DNA of 64,000 bases, from assembly GCF_030144855.1 (NCBI RefSeq), contig NC_082712.1, forward strand, positions 136,896,001 through 136,960,000. Direction: 5' to 3'. Of the stretch, positions 52,267-63,599 are shown one piece after another. The position numbers were made by a program, and so were the translations under genes. Positions within the stretch are counted from its first letter, which is position 1, and every line of letters starts with the position of its first letter. The notes below the pieces were generated by a model. That model ran no database searches and was not told the origin of the DNA. It was given only the letters and a program-made list of their open reading frames with translations. The stretch is from Hypanus sabinus. Lineage: Eukaryota.

Positions 52267-52490
52267 AAAAGGGACTAGAGGAACAACTTCTTCAGAGTCA
52301 GATGTACATGGAAAAACTGGCAGAAGTTGTTGAAGGGGGTACAATAACAATTTAAATACATGTTGAACAGGTTCAGGGATAGAAAATGTATAAGGGGTAC
52401 AAGCCAAACACAGGCAAATGGGATGAGCTATGATGGGCATCTTGGCATGAGATGGACTGAAGGACAGATTTGTGTACTGTATGGCTGCTG
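52267..52490 (+). mobile_element. Old CR1 3' fragment, right half
   Basis: Continues the CR1 sequence interrupted at 24809. Confidence 0.7.
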
Positions 52491-52721
52491 TGTAGCAATG
52501 TACCAGAAGCTATATCCAAATCAGCCTTGCGCTACAGCACAGGTCCCACCTTTGCTTTATTTGATATTTATCTTACCGAATTACTTACAGCAAATTACAG
52601 TGCACCCCTAAGATACAGGAGGGATGCATTCCTAGAGAGCAATTCAAAATGCTATTCTTCATAATGTCCTAGGAAGTTTTTCCTCTCTGCCCTGCTGGTT
52701 GGCTGATCCGTAGACAAGGGA

Positions 52722-53568
52722 ACACAAAGTACACTGCAGATGCGGGGGTCAAAGCAACACGTACAACACACTGGAGGAACTCAGCAGGTTGGGCAGCATC
52801 TGTGGAAATGAGCAGTCAATGTTTTGGGCTGTACCTTTCATCAGGACTGAAGAGGGAGGGGGCATGGGCCTCTCATACCACCATTGAGGGCCTTAAACAG
52901 TCCTCCCAGGTGAGGTAACACTTCACTTGTGAGTCTGTTGGGGTCATCTATTGCATTGGATGCGGCCTCCTCTACATCAGCGAGACCCGACGCAGATTGG
53001 GGGACTGCTTCAACGAGCAACTCCACTCCATTCGCCATAACAGACAGGATCTCCCGGTTGCCACCCACTTCAACTCCTGCTTCACATTCCCATTCGGGTA
53101 TGTCCATACATGGCCTCCTCTACTGCCATGATGAGGCCAAACTCAGGTTGGAGGAGCAACACCTCATATACCACCTGGGTAGTCTCCAGCCCCTTGGCAT
53201 GAACTCTGAATTCTACAACTTCCGGTAATTCCCTCCCCCTCCCTTCCTCCATCCCAGTTTCATTCCACCTGCCTATCACCTCTCTCATGATTCTGCCTTC
53301 TTTTACTACCCATAGTGCTTTCCCCTTACATTTCTTCTTCACCTTTCCTGCCTATCCCCTCCCCCACCCCTTAATCTTACCTCTTACTGGTTTTTCACCT
53401 GGCACCTACCACCCTTCTCCTTCCCACCCTCCCCCCACCTTCCTTATAGGGCCCCTGCCCACTCCCTCTTCAGTCCTGACGAAGGGTCTTGGCCCGAAAC
53501 GTTGACTGCTCATTTCCACGGATGCTGCCTGACCTGCTGAATTCCTCCAGCGTGTTGTACCTGTTGCT
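52722..53568 (+). mobile_element. Penelope-like element 3' part (GIY-YIG endonuclease remnant) flanked by inverted terminal repeats
   Basis: GVIYCIGCGLLYISETRRRLGDCFNEQ...VATHFN and LEEQHLIYHLGSLQPLGMN; ~52753-52858 is the reverse complement of ~53460-53568. Confidence 0.88.
53471..53508 (+). ncRNA. Minimal type I hammerhead ribozyme motif in the Penelope-like terminal repeat
   Basis: CAGTC-CTGACGA-A-GGG TCTTGG CCC-GAAA-CGTT-GACTG: helix I, conserved core, helix II, GAAA, palindromic ACGT helix III, GUU cleavage triplet. Confidence 0.7.
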
Positions 53569-54254
53569 GTAGACGATTATTTCTGTTACCCAAAATGTAT
53601 AATGTGCGTGCTTTGCTAAACCAAAGTCAAATGACAGTTGTTCACTTCAGTGCTGTACTGTGGGTAAGATTCTCTATTTAAAACTAAAATGTATTTTTTG
53701 TGCCAATCTGAAAGAAAATTTCATTTTCATTAACATATAAAACTCGGATAACCTGGCATCCTCGGGACTTCAGTGCTGCAAGCCTCACAGATGTTCTAAA
53801 TTACTGGATGCCTGTCTATTAACATGAAAGCAATTTCATTTCTTTGTTTCACATGTTACACAGTATTATAATATTTTTCCAATGAAAGAGTACGGGAAAT
53901 AGAACCCAATCAATTTCAGTTTATGCATTTCAGATTGACTACAGGTATCCCAACACTTTCTCACATTGGATCCACAGCTTTGGCCACATTACACAACCCC
54001 AACTCAAACTCTTTAGAGTGTGCATGGTTCACAAGCATTAGGATTTCTGAACAACTGGGTGCAGGCTTCTCAGTTTTAAATGTATTAGTATCTGGTAATG
54101 CTTGCATTTATATAGTGAAATGAAGGAAAGGAATACCCAAGGTATTCTGAAGGAGTGATTTTGTTCCAAATTCAATACATGAAATCACAGAAAACACACA
54201 AATGACTTAGAATCTTAAATTAAGTCATTGGCTACTTTCTCAGATCATCCAAAA

Positions 54255-54490
54255 GGACCCCAACCTTGACGTGGTTTGGAGGTTCATGTGCCTTAATGAT
54301 CTGGAGAACTACATCGGATGAAGTCAGGGCTTTCAGCATTGGCTATTTGTTGGATCACCCATGTTATACTGGTCAAAGGGCAGAGGTCAGACTAAGGGTG
54401 GCCCACCGATCCTCCACTGTCAGCGGTTCAGCTCAGGGCTAACAACTTTGACTGATAAAACAAAACTGTTTGAAACAGCAAACCACTCCT
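54255..54490 (+). mobile_element. Possible RTE-type LINE 5' region fragment
   Basis: Resembles from memory an RTE 5' leader (ggtcaaagggcagaggtcagactaag...cagctcagggctaacaac); not verified. Confidence 0.35.
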
Positions 54491-55377
54491 GTACTTTTCT
54501 GGAATCCCACCAACCTTCTAAAATATTAACACTTAAAAACTTTCCATGTCTCCCTAATTCTTTGAGATAATTCTAAAGCGAGAACTTCAGCAGCTAAAAA
54601 TACAACCACTATCCATGCAGTGAGTAAACTCTGGAATGATTTACAGCCAAAATTGAAGGGCTAGAGATATTTCAGAGGGTTGGGAAAGAGTAGAATAAGG
54701 GAGAGAACATTTTGAGAAAAAGAAAGTGGTGCAAAATTAAAGTTCTGCTTAACATTGCAATTGACTGTCTCCACATTACCAAGAAGGATACCAAAAGAAT
54801 TTTCTTCTGATTATAACCCAGAAACAATTTCATTCAATCAGCACAGGGATGAAGGGTGCTAGTTTTGATGAGAATACCTCACCATTTACCAATTAAAATA
54901 GTTTAGAGTCCAGTCACTTTGGGAGTAGGCTAAGCCAGGATCAAATCTAGAAGGAGTATAATACCTCCAGTCCAACCAATCAACCTGTCAAGGCAAGCAC
55001 CTCCTACTCCACCTGGGTCAAGTTTACAGGTAGCACACTGGCCTCAACAATACCTCAGAAATACAGGGGTAGAAAGTTAGCATCAATCCCGAGGATTTGC
55101 CAAAGAAAGGGTAAGAACAAGCAGAGAGGGACGAAGAATTCATTAAGATAAGCTACAGCAAACAAGAACCACTTCACAATCCTTTCTGGAATATTGACAA
55201 ATTTTGACTGGTGTCAAACAAATCCGTAAGTGGCCCAATTATATAAATATAACAAACATAAATGAAATAATAACCTGAACATCCTATTTTAGAGGTGGAA
55301 AACATTTTTATGGGTGGGGCACTCTAATTAGAGCGCACTTTAAAATGTATAATCGTACTACAAAAGAATTATCACAA

Positions 55378-55563
55378 ACAAGAAAATCTGCTGGAAATCC
55401 AAGTAACACACAAATTGCTGGAGGTGCTCAGAAGGCCAGGCAGCAACCATGGAAGAGTACAGTTGATGCTCCTGCTGAATGGTCTCTGCCCGAAACAATG
55501 ACTGCACTTTAATCCCTGCCTGGTTGGCCTGCTGAGTTCCTCCAGCATTTTGTGTGTGTTGCC
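55378..55563. mobile_element. Penelope-like terminal hairpin relic with degenerate hammerhead motif
   Basis: Inverted arms as in other relics; CTGCTGAATGGTCTCTGCCCGAAACAATGACTG at ~55472-55504. Confidence 0.65.
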
Positions 55564-55564
55564 C

Positions 55565-57320
55565 CAAAAGAAAGTAACCCATCCGCATTTTACTTGGAAG
55601 AATTGACAAAAAGCACACTATAAAAGTTTTGAGCTTCTTTGTACAATTCTCAAGAATGATCTTTTAAAGGAAACTTCAGTCGGACTCCATTTTATGCTCC
55701 GCAGTTTAAATAAACCTGCTTTACCCACAGGACAGCAGCAACCACACCTTACCTGCTGCGGGGTGAGCCACACAACAATCAGAAACAACACCATCTTGAA
55801 AAGAAAGAAAACATAAAGAAAACTGAATACTTCCACATCAAAATTACAGAGAATCAAATAGAGTCAAACACCAAATCCTTTGTTAATTACTTTCAAAATC
55901 AAACACTTAGCAATAAAAAGAGCAAAATCACAGAAAGAGATAAAGAGCATTTACCTAGACCAGGGGTCGGCAACCTTTACCACTGAAAGAGCCATATTGA
56001 CCCATTTCCCACAGAAAAGAAAGCACTGGGAGCCACAAAACCCGTTTGACATTTAAAATGAAATAACACTGCATACAACGGTTTTTTTTTTTTGCCTTTA
56101 TGCTATGTATGAACAAACTATAATGTTTGCATTTATGAAATTGATGAACTCCCGCAGAGAAAACGAAATTACATTTCTGCATGCAACAAAAACATTTTGA
56201 ACTCCGAAAAAAAGACATTGGGTTGAAGGTTACTCCATAGTTAGCCTACCTTGGATCGAAGAATTAAAAGAAAGCGTGCACTGGCGGGTGTCAGGCATTG
56301 GCAGTGGTGATGTATATTAATAGTGATAAAAAACGTTGTAGCGGTGTGCTACATGCAGCGCTAAAATAACAACACTGCAGTCAAAGATAACTTTATTCGA
56401 ACTAAACAGCCTTGCTTTAAAGCCTCCCTCAACCCGCACCCTGTGGGTGCGGATGCTCCAAAAGTCACATACTCACAAACCCCCGCAGGCTATCTCCCTT
56501 AGCCGGAACGGTGGCTAATTGTGAGCTGGTTCGGATGTGCCAGGAAATGGGGTCGCCACAACGTTTTATTTATATTGTACAAGATCACCATAATCTTCAA
56601 ATTTCGAATTACATTTCAAAAACTAACAAACCACGGGGAGCTGCAACACAGAGATAAAAGAGCCACATGCGGCTCCAGAGCCGCGGGTTGCCGACCCCTG
56701 ACCTAGACATACAAGAAATACCTAGACTACCGATCGAAAACAAAGACCCTCAAATTGTGAAGGCCCAGGTCTATAAGCGAATTATTAGCTTAAAAACAGA
56801 CCAATAAGAACAGATGATGAAAAATACAATACATTGATTAGTCTGGAAGAGCATGCTGCTCCTCGAGGAAATTTTGGCCTTTAATTGGAGATTTAAAAAA
56901 TTGTTGAGAATTATCGGGAAGGATGACTCTGAAACATGCTGGAAACAAGAAAGCTTGTTTATAACCTTTTCGATGAAACTCTGACAGCACGGATTTAAAA
57001 GACATCCATTCCCTCAAGACATCAGGACTTAAATCTTCAACAATGCAAAACTTGAGACATTGGATGATGAACATACACTTCTGCTGGGCAAATCGAATCA
57101 GACAATCCTTATTATGAGCATAATGGAGACAAAGAATAATTGGTCGTGGTTTAGCATCAGAAGATTTTTGATGCGGAATACGATGAGCGCAGCCGATCAC
57201 TTGGGGGTGGGGGGTATCCAGAAATATCTTTTTTTCAAGACGTTCCGCTTTCTTCTTCCCATAAGACCTTATTCTTTTGATACGTCATTTTCCTTTGGTT
57301 GTGTTTGAAAACAACTGACA
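55565..57320 (-). mobile_element. Inverted L1 segment (ORF1 C-terminal half + spacer-like sequence)
   Basis: ORF 56838-57200 with AHR...RPIILCLH...VEDLSPDV...FLFPACFRV; boundaries approximate. Confidence 0.7.
55961..56700. mobile_element. Non-autonomous hAT (Charlie-type) DNA transposon, 740 bp
   Basis: TIR caggggtcggcaacc / ggttgccgacccctg, perfect 8-bp TSD acctagac with central TA. Confidence 0.93.
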
Positions 57321-60300
57321 ACGCGATTCAGTGCTTGTTTTTTTTTTCCTTGAAATATTAGTACAACTGTACCTTGCTTTATGTTTTAAATTTTTAGTCT
57401 TTGTTAAATTATTATTAACCGCTGTGGCCTTTTTTTTTACAGTAATCTTTGTTTCAATATGGGTGGCTTTCTTTTAATCATGTATGTTTTGGGCTGTCTT
57501 CTTGAGAGATGGAGTTAAATTTAGTGTTTGCTTATTGATCTTTTTTTGGCTTATTTTTGGGCTTTGGCAGGTGGGGGGAGGGTGTATTTCTTTTTTTTTA
57601 CTCTTTGCTTAGATTTTTCCAACTGGGCTGGCTGGAAACTACAAAAATGTCCTTAGTGTTGTAACTTCTGGTTCCTCTTTGAAACTTTTTTCCTCTTCCA
57701 GGTTCATAAGTTTGTATTCTGGTTAACCTTTTACGTACTATATGGCAGATATTAGTAACATGGATTAGATTATTAATTTTGTTTCTTGGAATACAAATGG
57801 TTTAAACCATCCGATTAAATGGAAAAAAAATATTTAAAGTATTCCATAGAATGAATGCTAATATTATCTTTGCACAAGAAACTTATGTGAGGAAAGAGGA
57901 TAATCAGCATTTCTTTCGGTTTTGGAAGGGTAAACAGTACCATTTGAATTCTCAAGCTAAAGTGAAAGGAGTTTCTATTTTTATAGATTCTTCAACTGCA
58001 TCTGTTCATTATGAAACAATTTCAGATCCGAATGGTAGATGTTTGATCATTACTGGCTTACTTTTCTAGAAAAATATTGTTATGGTTAATGTTTACGCTC
58101 CAAATGTTAATTGTCCTGAATTTTTAAGCACTTATTTACACCACTTCCTAATTTAAATTATATGTTGATAATGGGTGGGGATTTTAACTTATTTAATTCC
58201 TTTGATGGATGGATCTACATCTAACCAGGCATTTCTGAACAAATCGGCTTCTTTTATCAACTCCTTTCTAGTTGATTCCGGTATTTCAGAAATTTGCAGA
58301 TTTCTAAATCCTAAGGATAAAGAATTTTCATTCCTTTCTCATGTATATCATAATTATTCTAGAATTGACTATTTATTTATTGATTATTGTTTAATTCCAT
58401 CCGTTATTGACTGTAACTATGACTCCATTGCCATCTCCGACCGTGCACCTTTGAAACTATCTATGAAGATAACAGATACATTTTCTAGTGCTAGACAATG
58501 GCGGTTCAATTCTACTCTACTTCAGGACTCAGATTTTGTCAATCTTATTAGACAACAGATTCATTTTTTCTTTTCAACAAGCGTTACAGAAGAAATTTCC
58601 AGAGGGATATTGTGGGACACTTTTAAAGCAGAGGACTGATTATTTTATGTTCTGCTGAAGTGAAAAAACAAATCAATAGTGAAATACTTATGCTGGTTGA
58701 CAAGATTAAAGAGATCGATAAGAAATATTCTATGGCTCCTAGTAAGGAGCTTTATAAAAAAAGAGTTGAACTTCAAATGCAGCATAGTCTATTATTAACC
58801 TCTTAATTGAAAATCAATTAACTAAAACTAGGACCCAGTTTTATATTCATGGTGATAAATCTGGTAAATTACTGGCTAATCAATTGAAAACTGCTTCAGC
58901 CATAACTATTCCCATTAAATATGCAAATTCCAATTTATAAATATTTATCATTTAAATTGGTCACAGACAATTTTACTTATTTGGCTGTTAAAATTACTAA
59001 GAAGGATAAGGATTTATTTCAGGTTAATTTTTTACCTTTAATTGATCAGGTTAAACAATTGTTTACTAAATGGTCCCCATTGTCTTTATCACTGATTGGC
59101 CAAATCAATGCTATTAAGATGAATATTTTACCTAAATTTTTATATTTATTTCAAGCGCTACAAAGTTTTATTTCTAAGTTTGATTTTTGATATCGCTGAC
59201 TCTGAAATTTCTTCATATACATGGCAGAATAAAAATCCTAGATTAAGTAAAAAATATTTACAGTAGTCTAAAAAGGATGGTGTTGGCATTGCCAAATTAA
59301 AGACTTTATTACTGGGTAATTAATATTAGATGTTTAATATTTTGGACACAGGACTTGGATGTAATTCAAATCCACAATGGGTAAACCTTGAATGTAAATC
59401 TGTACAAGGGTTCTCATTGGTTTCTCTCTTAGGGGCCTCACTTCCCTTTGCCCTTTCTAAATTGAGTAAACAAATGGATAATCCAATAATTAAATATACT
59501 TTACGAATATGGTTTCAATTTTGTAAATTTTTTTGGCTTGAATAAATTTATTCTGTTACGTACCCCATAACTGGGTCACTTACCAGCAAAGATAGAGAGG
59601 TCCATTGAAGTCTGATGATACTATTTTTTAACAGTATTTATTGATAAAAATACACAAAAACAATATCAATGCAACCATACAGATAATATACGTCGTCAAT
59701 ACTAAATCTAAAAGCGCGGGTATAATAATAATCAATAAGAAATAACTCTATCGTTGTCTAGGGGATAATGTATTGTCCGATGGAAATATAAAAGTCACTC
59801 AAGTTCATTCAAGCTGCAGGCTGCAGCCTTTGGTTGGAGTCAAGAGAGAGAGATTAAAACTTGACCATTCCTTTTATGATGTCAATCCTTCGAGAGTCGT
59901 TGGGGCTGACTTCTCCTTTGTTTTATCTACAGCCATTCTTCCATGGTAAGGCCCACCAGTTCCGAGGCAAATGGAAAAGGACGCACGTGGGCTTTCCACC
60001 GGCTTTTGCTATTACGCTGTTACAGGATTTCTAGCATTTCTTCTGGTGCGTCTAAAGGGGCTGTTCTCCAGACCCTCTTTTATCCTGACTCACAGGGTCT
60101 CAGATATCAATCAGGTTGGAAGGATGCCACCCCTCAACCAGCCCACTTTGGTCATTCCCTGAGGGCTTCAAATAAATAGCAAAGTACTCAATACACAATT
60201 CCATCTCCAAGTGACAATGGCCGTTTCCGTGGCTTTGTATCACTGAGGGACCAGGACATTCTCTCTCGCATTTCCTGGGTCTCCTGACCTGAATTAATAG

Positions 60301-61160
60301 CTATCTTGCGATTCTCACAAAGGAGGGGGCTACTTTCTACCCTTCGGCCCCTCAGAGTTGGGGCGCAGGCGTAACAATTCTTTCAAGCCCTATTATATCT
60401 AATTGTTTTTCTAACCCTCTGTTACGGATCAAGCCTTTTTTATATGGAAAACAAAGAGTATAATATGTTTTCCTGACTTATTCTTGGATAACTGTTTCAC
60501 GTCTTTTGAACAGTTGTCTAATAAATATAATTTACTTTGGTCCCAGTTTTTTAGATACTTACAAATTAGAAATTTTCTGAATAATATGTTACAGACTTTT
60601 CCAAATTCATACCCAACTGATATGGAAAAAAAAATAGGTTTTAACCCTTATCAGAAGAGTTTAATAGCAACTATTTATGATATGGTTATGAAAATACAGC
60701 TAGGTATATCAGATAAAATGGGAAAAAGAACTTCAACTTTCCTTACCTACAGAGAAATGGGAGAAATGTTTTCAATTAGTTAACTCCTCCTTTATACGTG
60801 CTAAACATACACTGATACAAATCAAGGTGGTGCATAGGGCCCACATGTCTAAAGACAAGCTCGCTTGTTTTTACTCCCACATAAATCCTATCTGCGATGT
60901 CATTCGGAAGTTGCCTCTTTGACTCATATGTTTTGGTCTTGACTTTCTTTGGAGAAATATTGGAAAGATATTTTTGATATTATTTCAACTGTTTTGAATG
61001 TTGATTTACATCCTCATCCTATTACCACAATTTTTGGCTTACCAATGGTGGAAAATAGTTTTTTATCCTCTTCAGCTCATCAGATGATTGCATTTGTTAC
61101 ATTAGTCGCTAGAAGATCCATTTTATTGAATTGGAAAGAGGTTAATCCTCCTACTACATT
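57320..61160 (+). mobile_element. L1-type LINE copy 4 (spacer + ORF2 with RT core deleted, 3' end missing)
   Basis: VSWNTNGLNHP, FAQETYVR, YSRIDY, IHGDKSGKLLANQL, then jump to TDNFTYLAVKIT and KMNILPKFLYLFQ. Confidence 0.85.
59554..60376 (-). mobile_element. Solo LTR (element A-related) in L1 copy 4
   Basis: TG...CA ends, 4-bp TSD attc/attc, homology to 21845-22650. Confidence 0.92.
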
Positions 61161-62010
61161 CCCCCTCCCTTCTGCACTGCAGATACAGACTCAGTACCAG
61201 AGATCCGGCTTCCACAGCTTGTCCCAGGTATGTCATCCCCCCCCCCCAACAGTATCCAAATTGGTATACTTGTTGTTGAGGGGAATGGCCACAGGGGAAC
61301 CCTGCTCTGCTTGCCCTTTCCCCTTCTCTCACCTGACGGTAACCTAATTCCCTGTGCGCTGCTCCTTTGGTGTAACTGCCTCCCTGAAACTATTACCTGT
61401 AAACTCCTCATTCTCCCGAATGATCTGGAGGTCATCACGCTCCTGCTCCAATTCCTTAATGTGGTGTGTTAGCAGCTGCAGCTGGATGCACTTCTTGCAG
61501 GTGTTGTTGTCAGGGACACCGGAGGTCTCCCTGATTTCCCTTATCCTGCAACAGGAGCATTCCAACATCCTTCCTGGCATTCTGTCTACTCTAAACGACC
61601 AAATCAAAACTTACCAGAACCTACCCTCGCCTCTGCCCGTTCACGCTGAAGCCTGTTGAGCCGTCCCACTCTGACTCAGTCCACTCTGACAATGTCCGCT
61701 ACGATGATGGCCGCTGTATATGGTGGTCGTTTAAAAAAATCTATGGCGCGTTACGTCACGCGCCTGCGCAGTCGAGCGTCTTTTCCCCGATCAGTTAAAA
61801 AAAGGCTTCTCTCCGAGATGACTTTACTTCTTCACTCTCTGCCTCTTGCTTCGATTTAAAAGATCATTGAAAAATTCCTCTCCTTTTTAAACCTTTGGTA
61901 CACTATGTCACATGCCTGCACAGTATAGCCTCTTTTCCCCCGATCAGTTTTAAAAAATGGTTTCTCTCCAAGATGCCTTTACTTCTTCACTCTCCGCCTC
62001 TTTTCGATTT
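61161..62010 (-). mobile_element. CR1 5' portion only (5' UTR and ORF1 N-terminus)
   Basis: ECSCCRIRE...TCKKCIQLQLLTHHIKELEQE; 5' UTR homologous to 39610-40009. Confidence 0.85.
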
Positions 62011-62059
62011 CCTGTAGAATTAACTAGAATTTTATTTTAAACAATGCATTCCTTCCTAT

Positions 62060-62180
62060 AAACTTCAGAACTATTTCCCCTCTCTTCTCCCTCGACCCTC
62101 CCCTTCCCTCCCCTCTCCTTTGACCCTCTCCTCTTCCATACCCTCCCCACCCCCTTCTCTCCCCCTCCCCACTCACCCCT
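62060..62180. repeat. C/T-rich low-complexity tract
   Basis: Runs of ccct/cccttc. Confidence 0.8.
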
Positions 62181-62329
62181 CAAAATCGACATAGACGTTT
62201 TTAAAAATGGAATTGATTGGTTGCCCAGGCATGTGCTATACTGAGATGTGACATGGGATGTGAATATCAGCAGAAACAATGACAAAATACAAATGGATAT
62301 TATAAATATCAAAGGATCATGCAATCAAA

Positions 62330-62975
62330 GACATAATACAGAAAGGAGCCCTTACAGCCATCCCCATCTATGCCAACCATGATGCCCATATACATTAATT
62401 TCATTTGCCTGCATTGGCCACATGTCCCTCTATGCCTTTCCTATCCAAGAACCCGTGCAAACAACTTTTAAACATTGGAATTGTACCTGCCTCCACTATC
62501 TCCTCAGGTAGTCCATTTTAAATAAATACCAGTCTCCATGTGGAAAACGCTCTCTCTCAAGTCTCCCCTCACCTTAAACTGACAGTAGTTCCAGAGTCCT
62601 GTGCCCTTTTCTACAAGGTCACCTCTGTTTCCTATATTTTAGTGAGAATAAATCAATTTCTTTTAACAGCCTGCCATTCCCTAGAACATCTGGTGAATCA
62701 CTTCTGTACCTGCTCAATTGTGACTCCATCCTTCCTGTAATGTAGTAACCAGAACTGCGTACAATACCCTACTCCAGGTGCAAACTAGTCAATGCTTTGT
62801 ACAACTGCAGTTTAATGTCCCAATTCTTATACTCACCATCTCAGCCTACAAAAGCAGGCGTACTAAATTCCTTTTTAATTTCATGTGTATTGCAACTTTC
62901 AGGGAGCTAATGGATTTACACATCAAGGTGTCTCTGTTATCAATGTTCCTTAACCAGTGCCGGAGAAAACTAGTA
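62330..62975 (-). mobile_element. Degraded CR1 3' fragment
   Basis: Reverse complement of CR1 C-terminus and 3' UTR. Confidence 0.65.
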
Positions 62976-63597
62976 CAGACAGACAGGCAGAGATACTTTA
63001 TTGATCCCGAGGGAAATTGGGTTTCATAACAGTTGCACCAACCAAGAATAGAGTAGAAATATAGCAATATAAATCATAAATAATAAAATAATAATCGGTA
63101 AATTATCCCAAGTGGAAATAAGTCCAGGACCAGACTATTGGCTCAGGGTGTCTGACACTCCGAGGGAGGGGTTGTAAAGTTTGATGGTTACAGGAAGGAA
63201 TGACTTCCTATGACGCTCAGTGTTGCATCTCGGTGGAATGAGTCTCTGGCTGAATATAATCCTGTGCCTAACCAGTACATTATGGAGTTGATTGGAGACA
63301 TTGTCCAAGATGGTATGCAACTTGGACAGCATCCTCTTTTCAGACACCACCATCAGAGAGTCCAATTCCACCCCCACAACATCACTGGCCTTACAAATGA
63401 GTTCGTTGAGTCTGTTGGTGTCTGTTACCCTCAGCCTGCTGCGCCAGCACACAACAACAAATATGATAGCACTGGCCACCACAGCCACGTAGAACATCCT
63501 CAGCATCGTCCGACAGATGTTAAAGGACCTCAGTCTCTTCAGAAAGTAGAGACGGCTCTGAACCTTCTTGTAGACAGCCTCAGTGTTCATTGACCAG
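62976..63597 (-). mobile_element. 5'-truncated Rex1/Babar-type LINE
   Basis: ORF 63135-63617 (KKVQSRLYFLKRLRSF...RCNTERHRKSFLPVTIKLYN), 3' UTR ending aataaag...ctgtctgtctg. Confidence 0.85.
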
Positions 63598-63599
63598 TC

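Noticed and set aside
54340-54420. HDV-like ribozyme in the putative RTE leader
   Set aside because: Could not build the nested double pseudoknot from this degenerate copy
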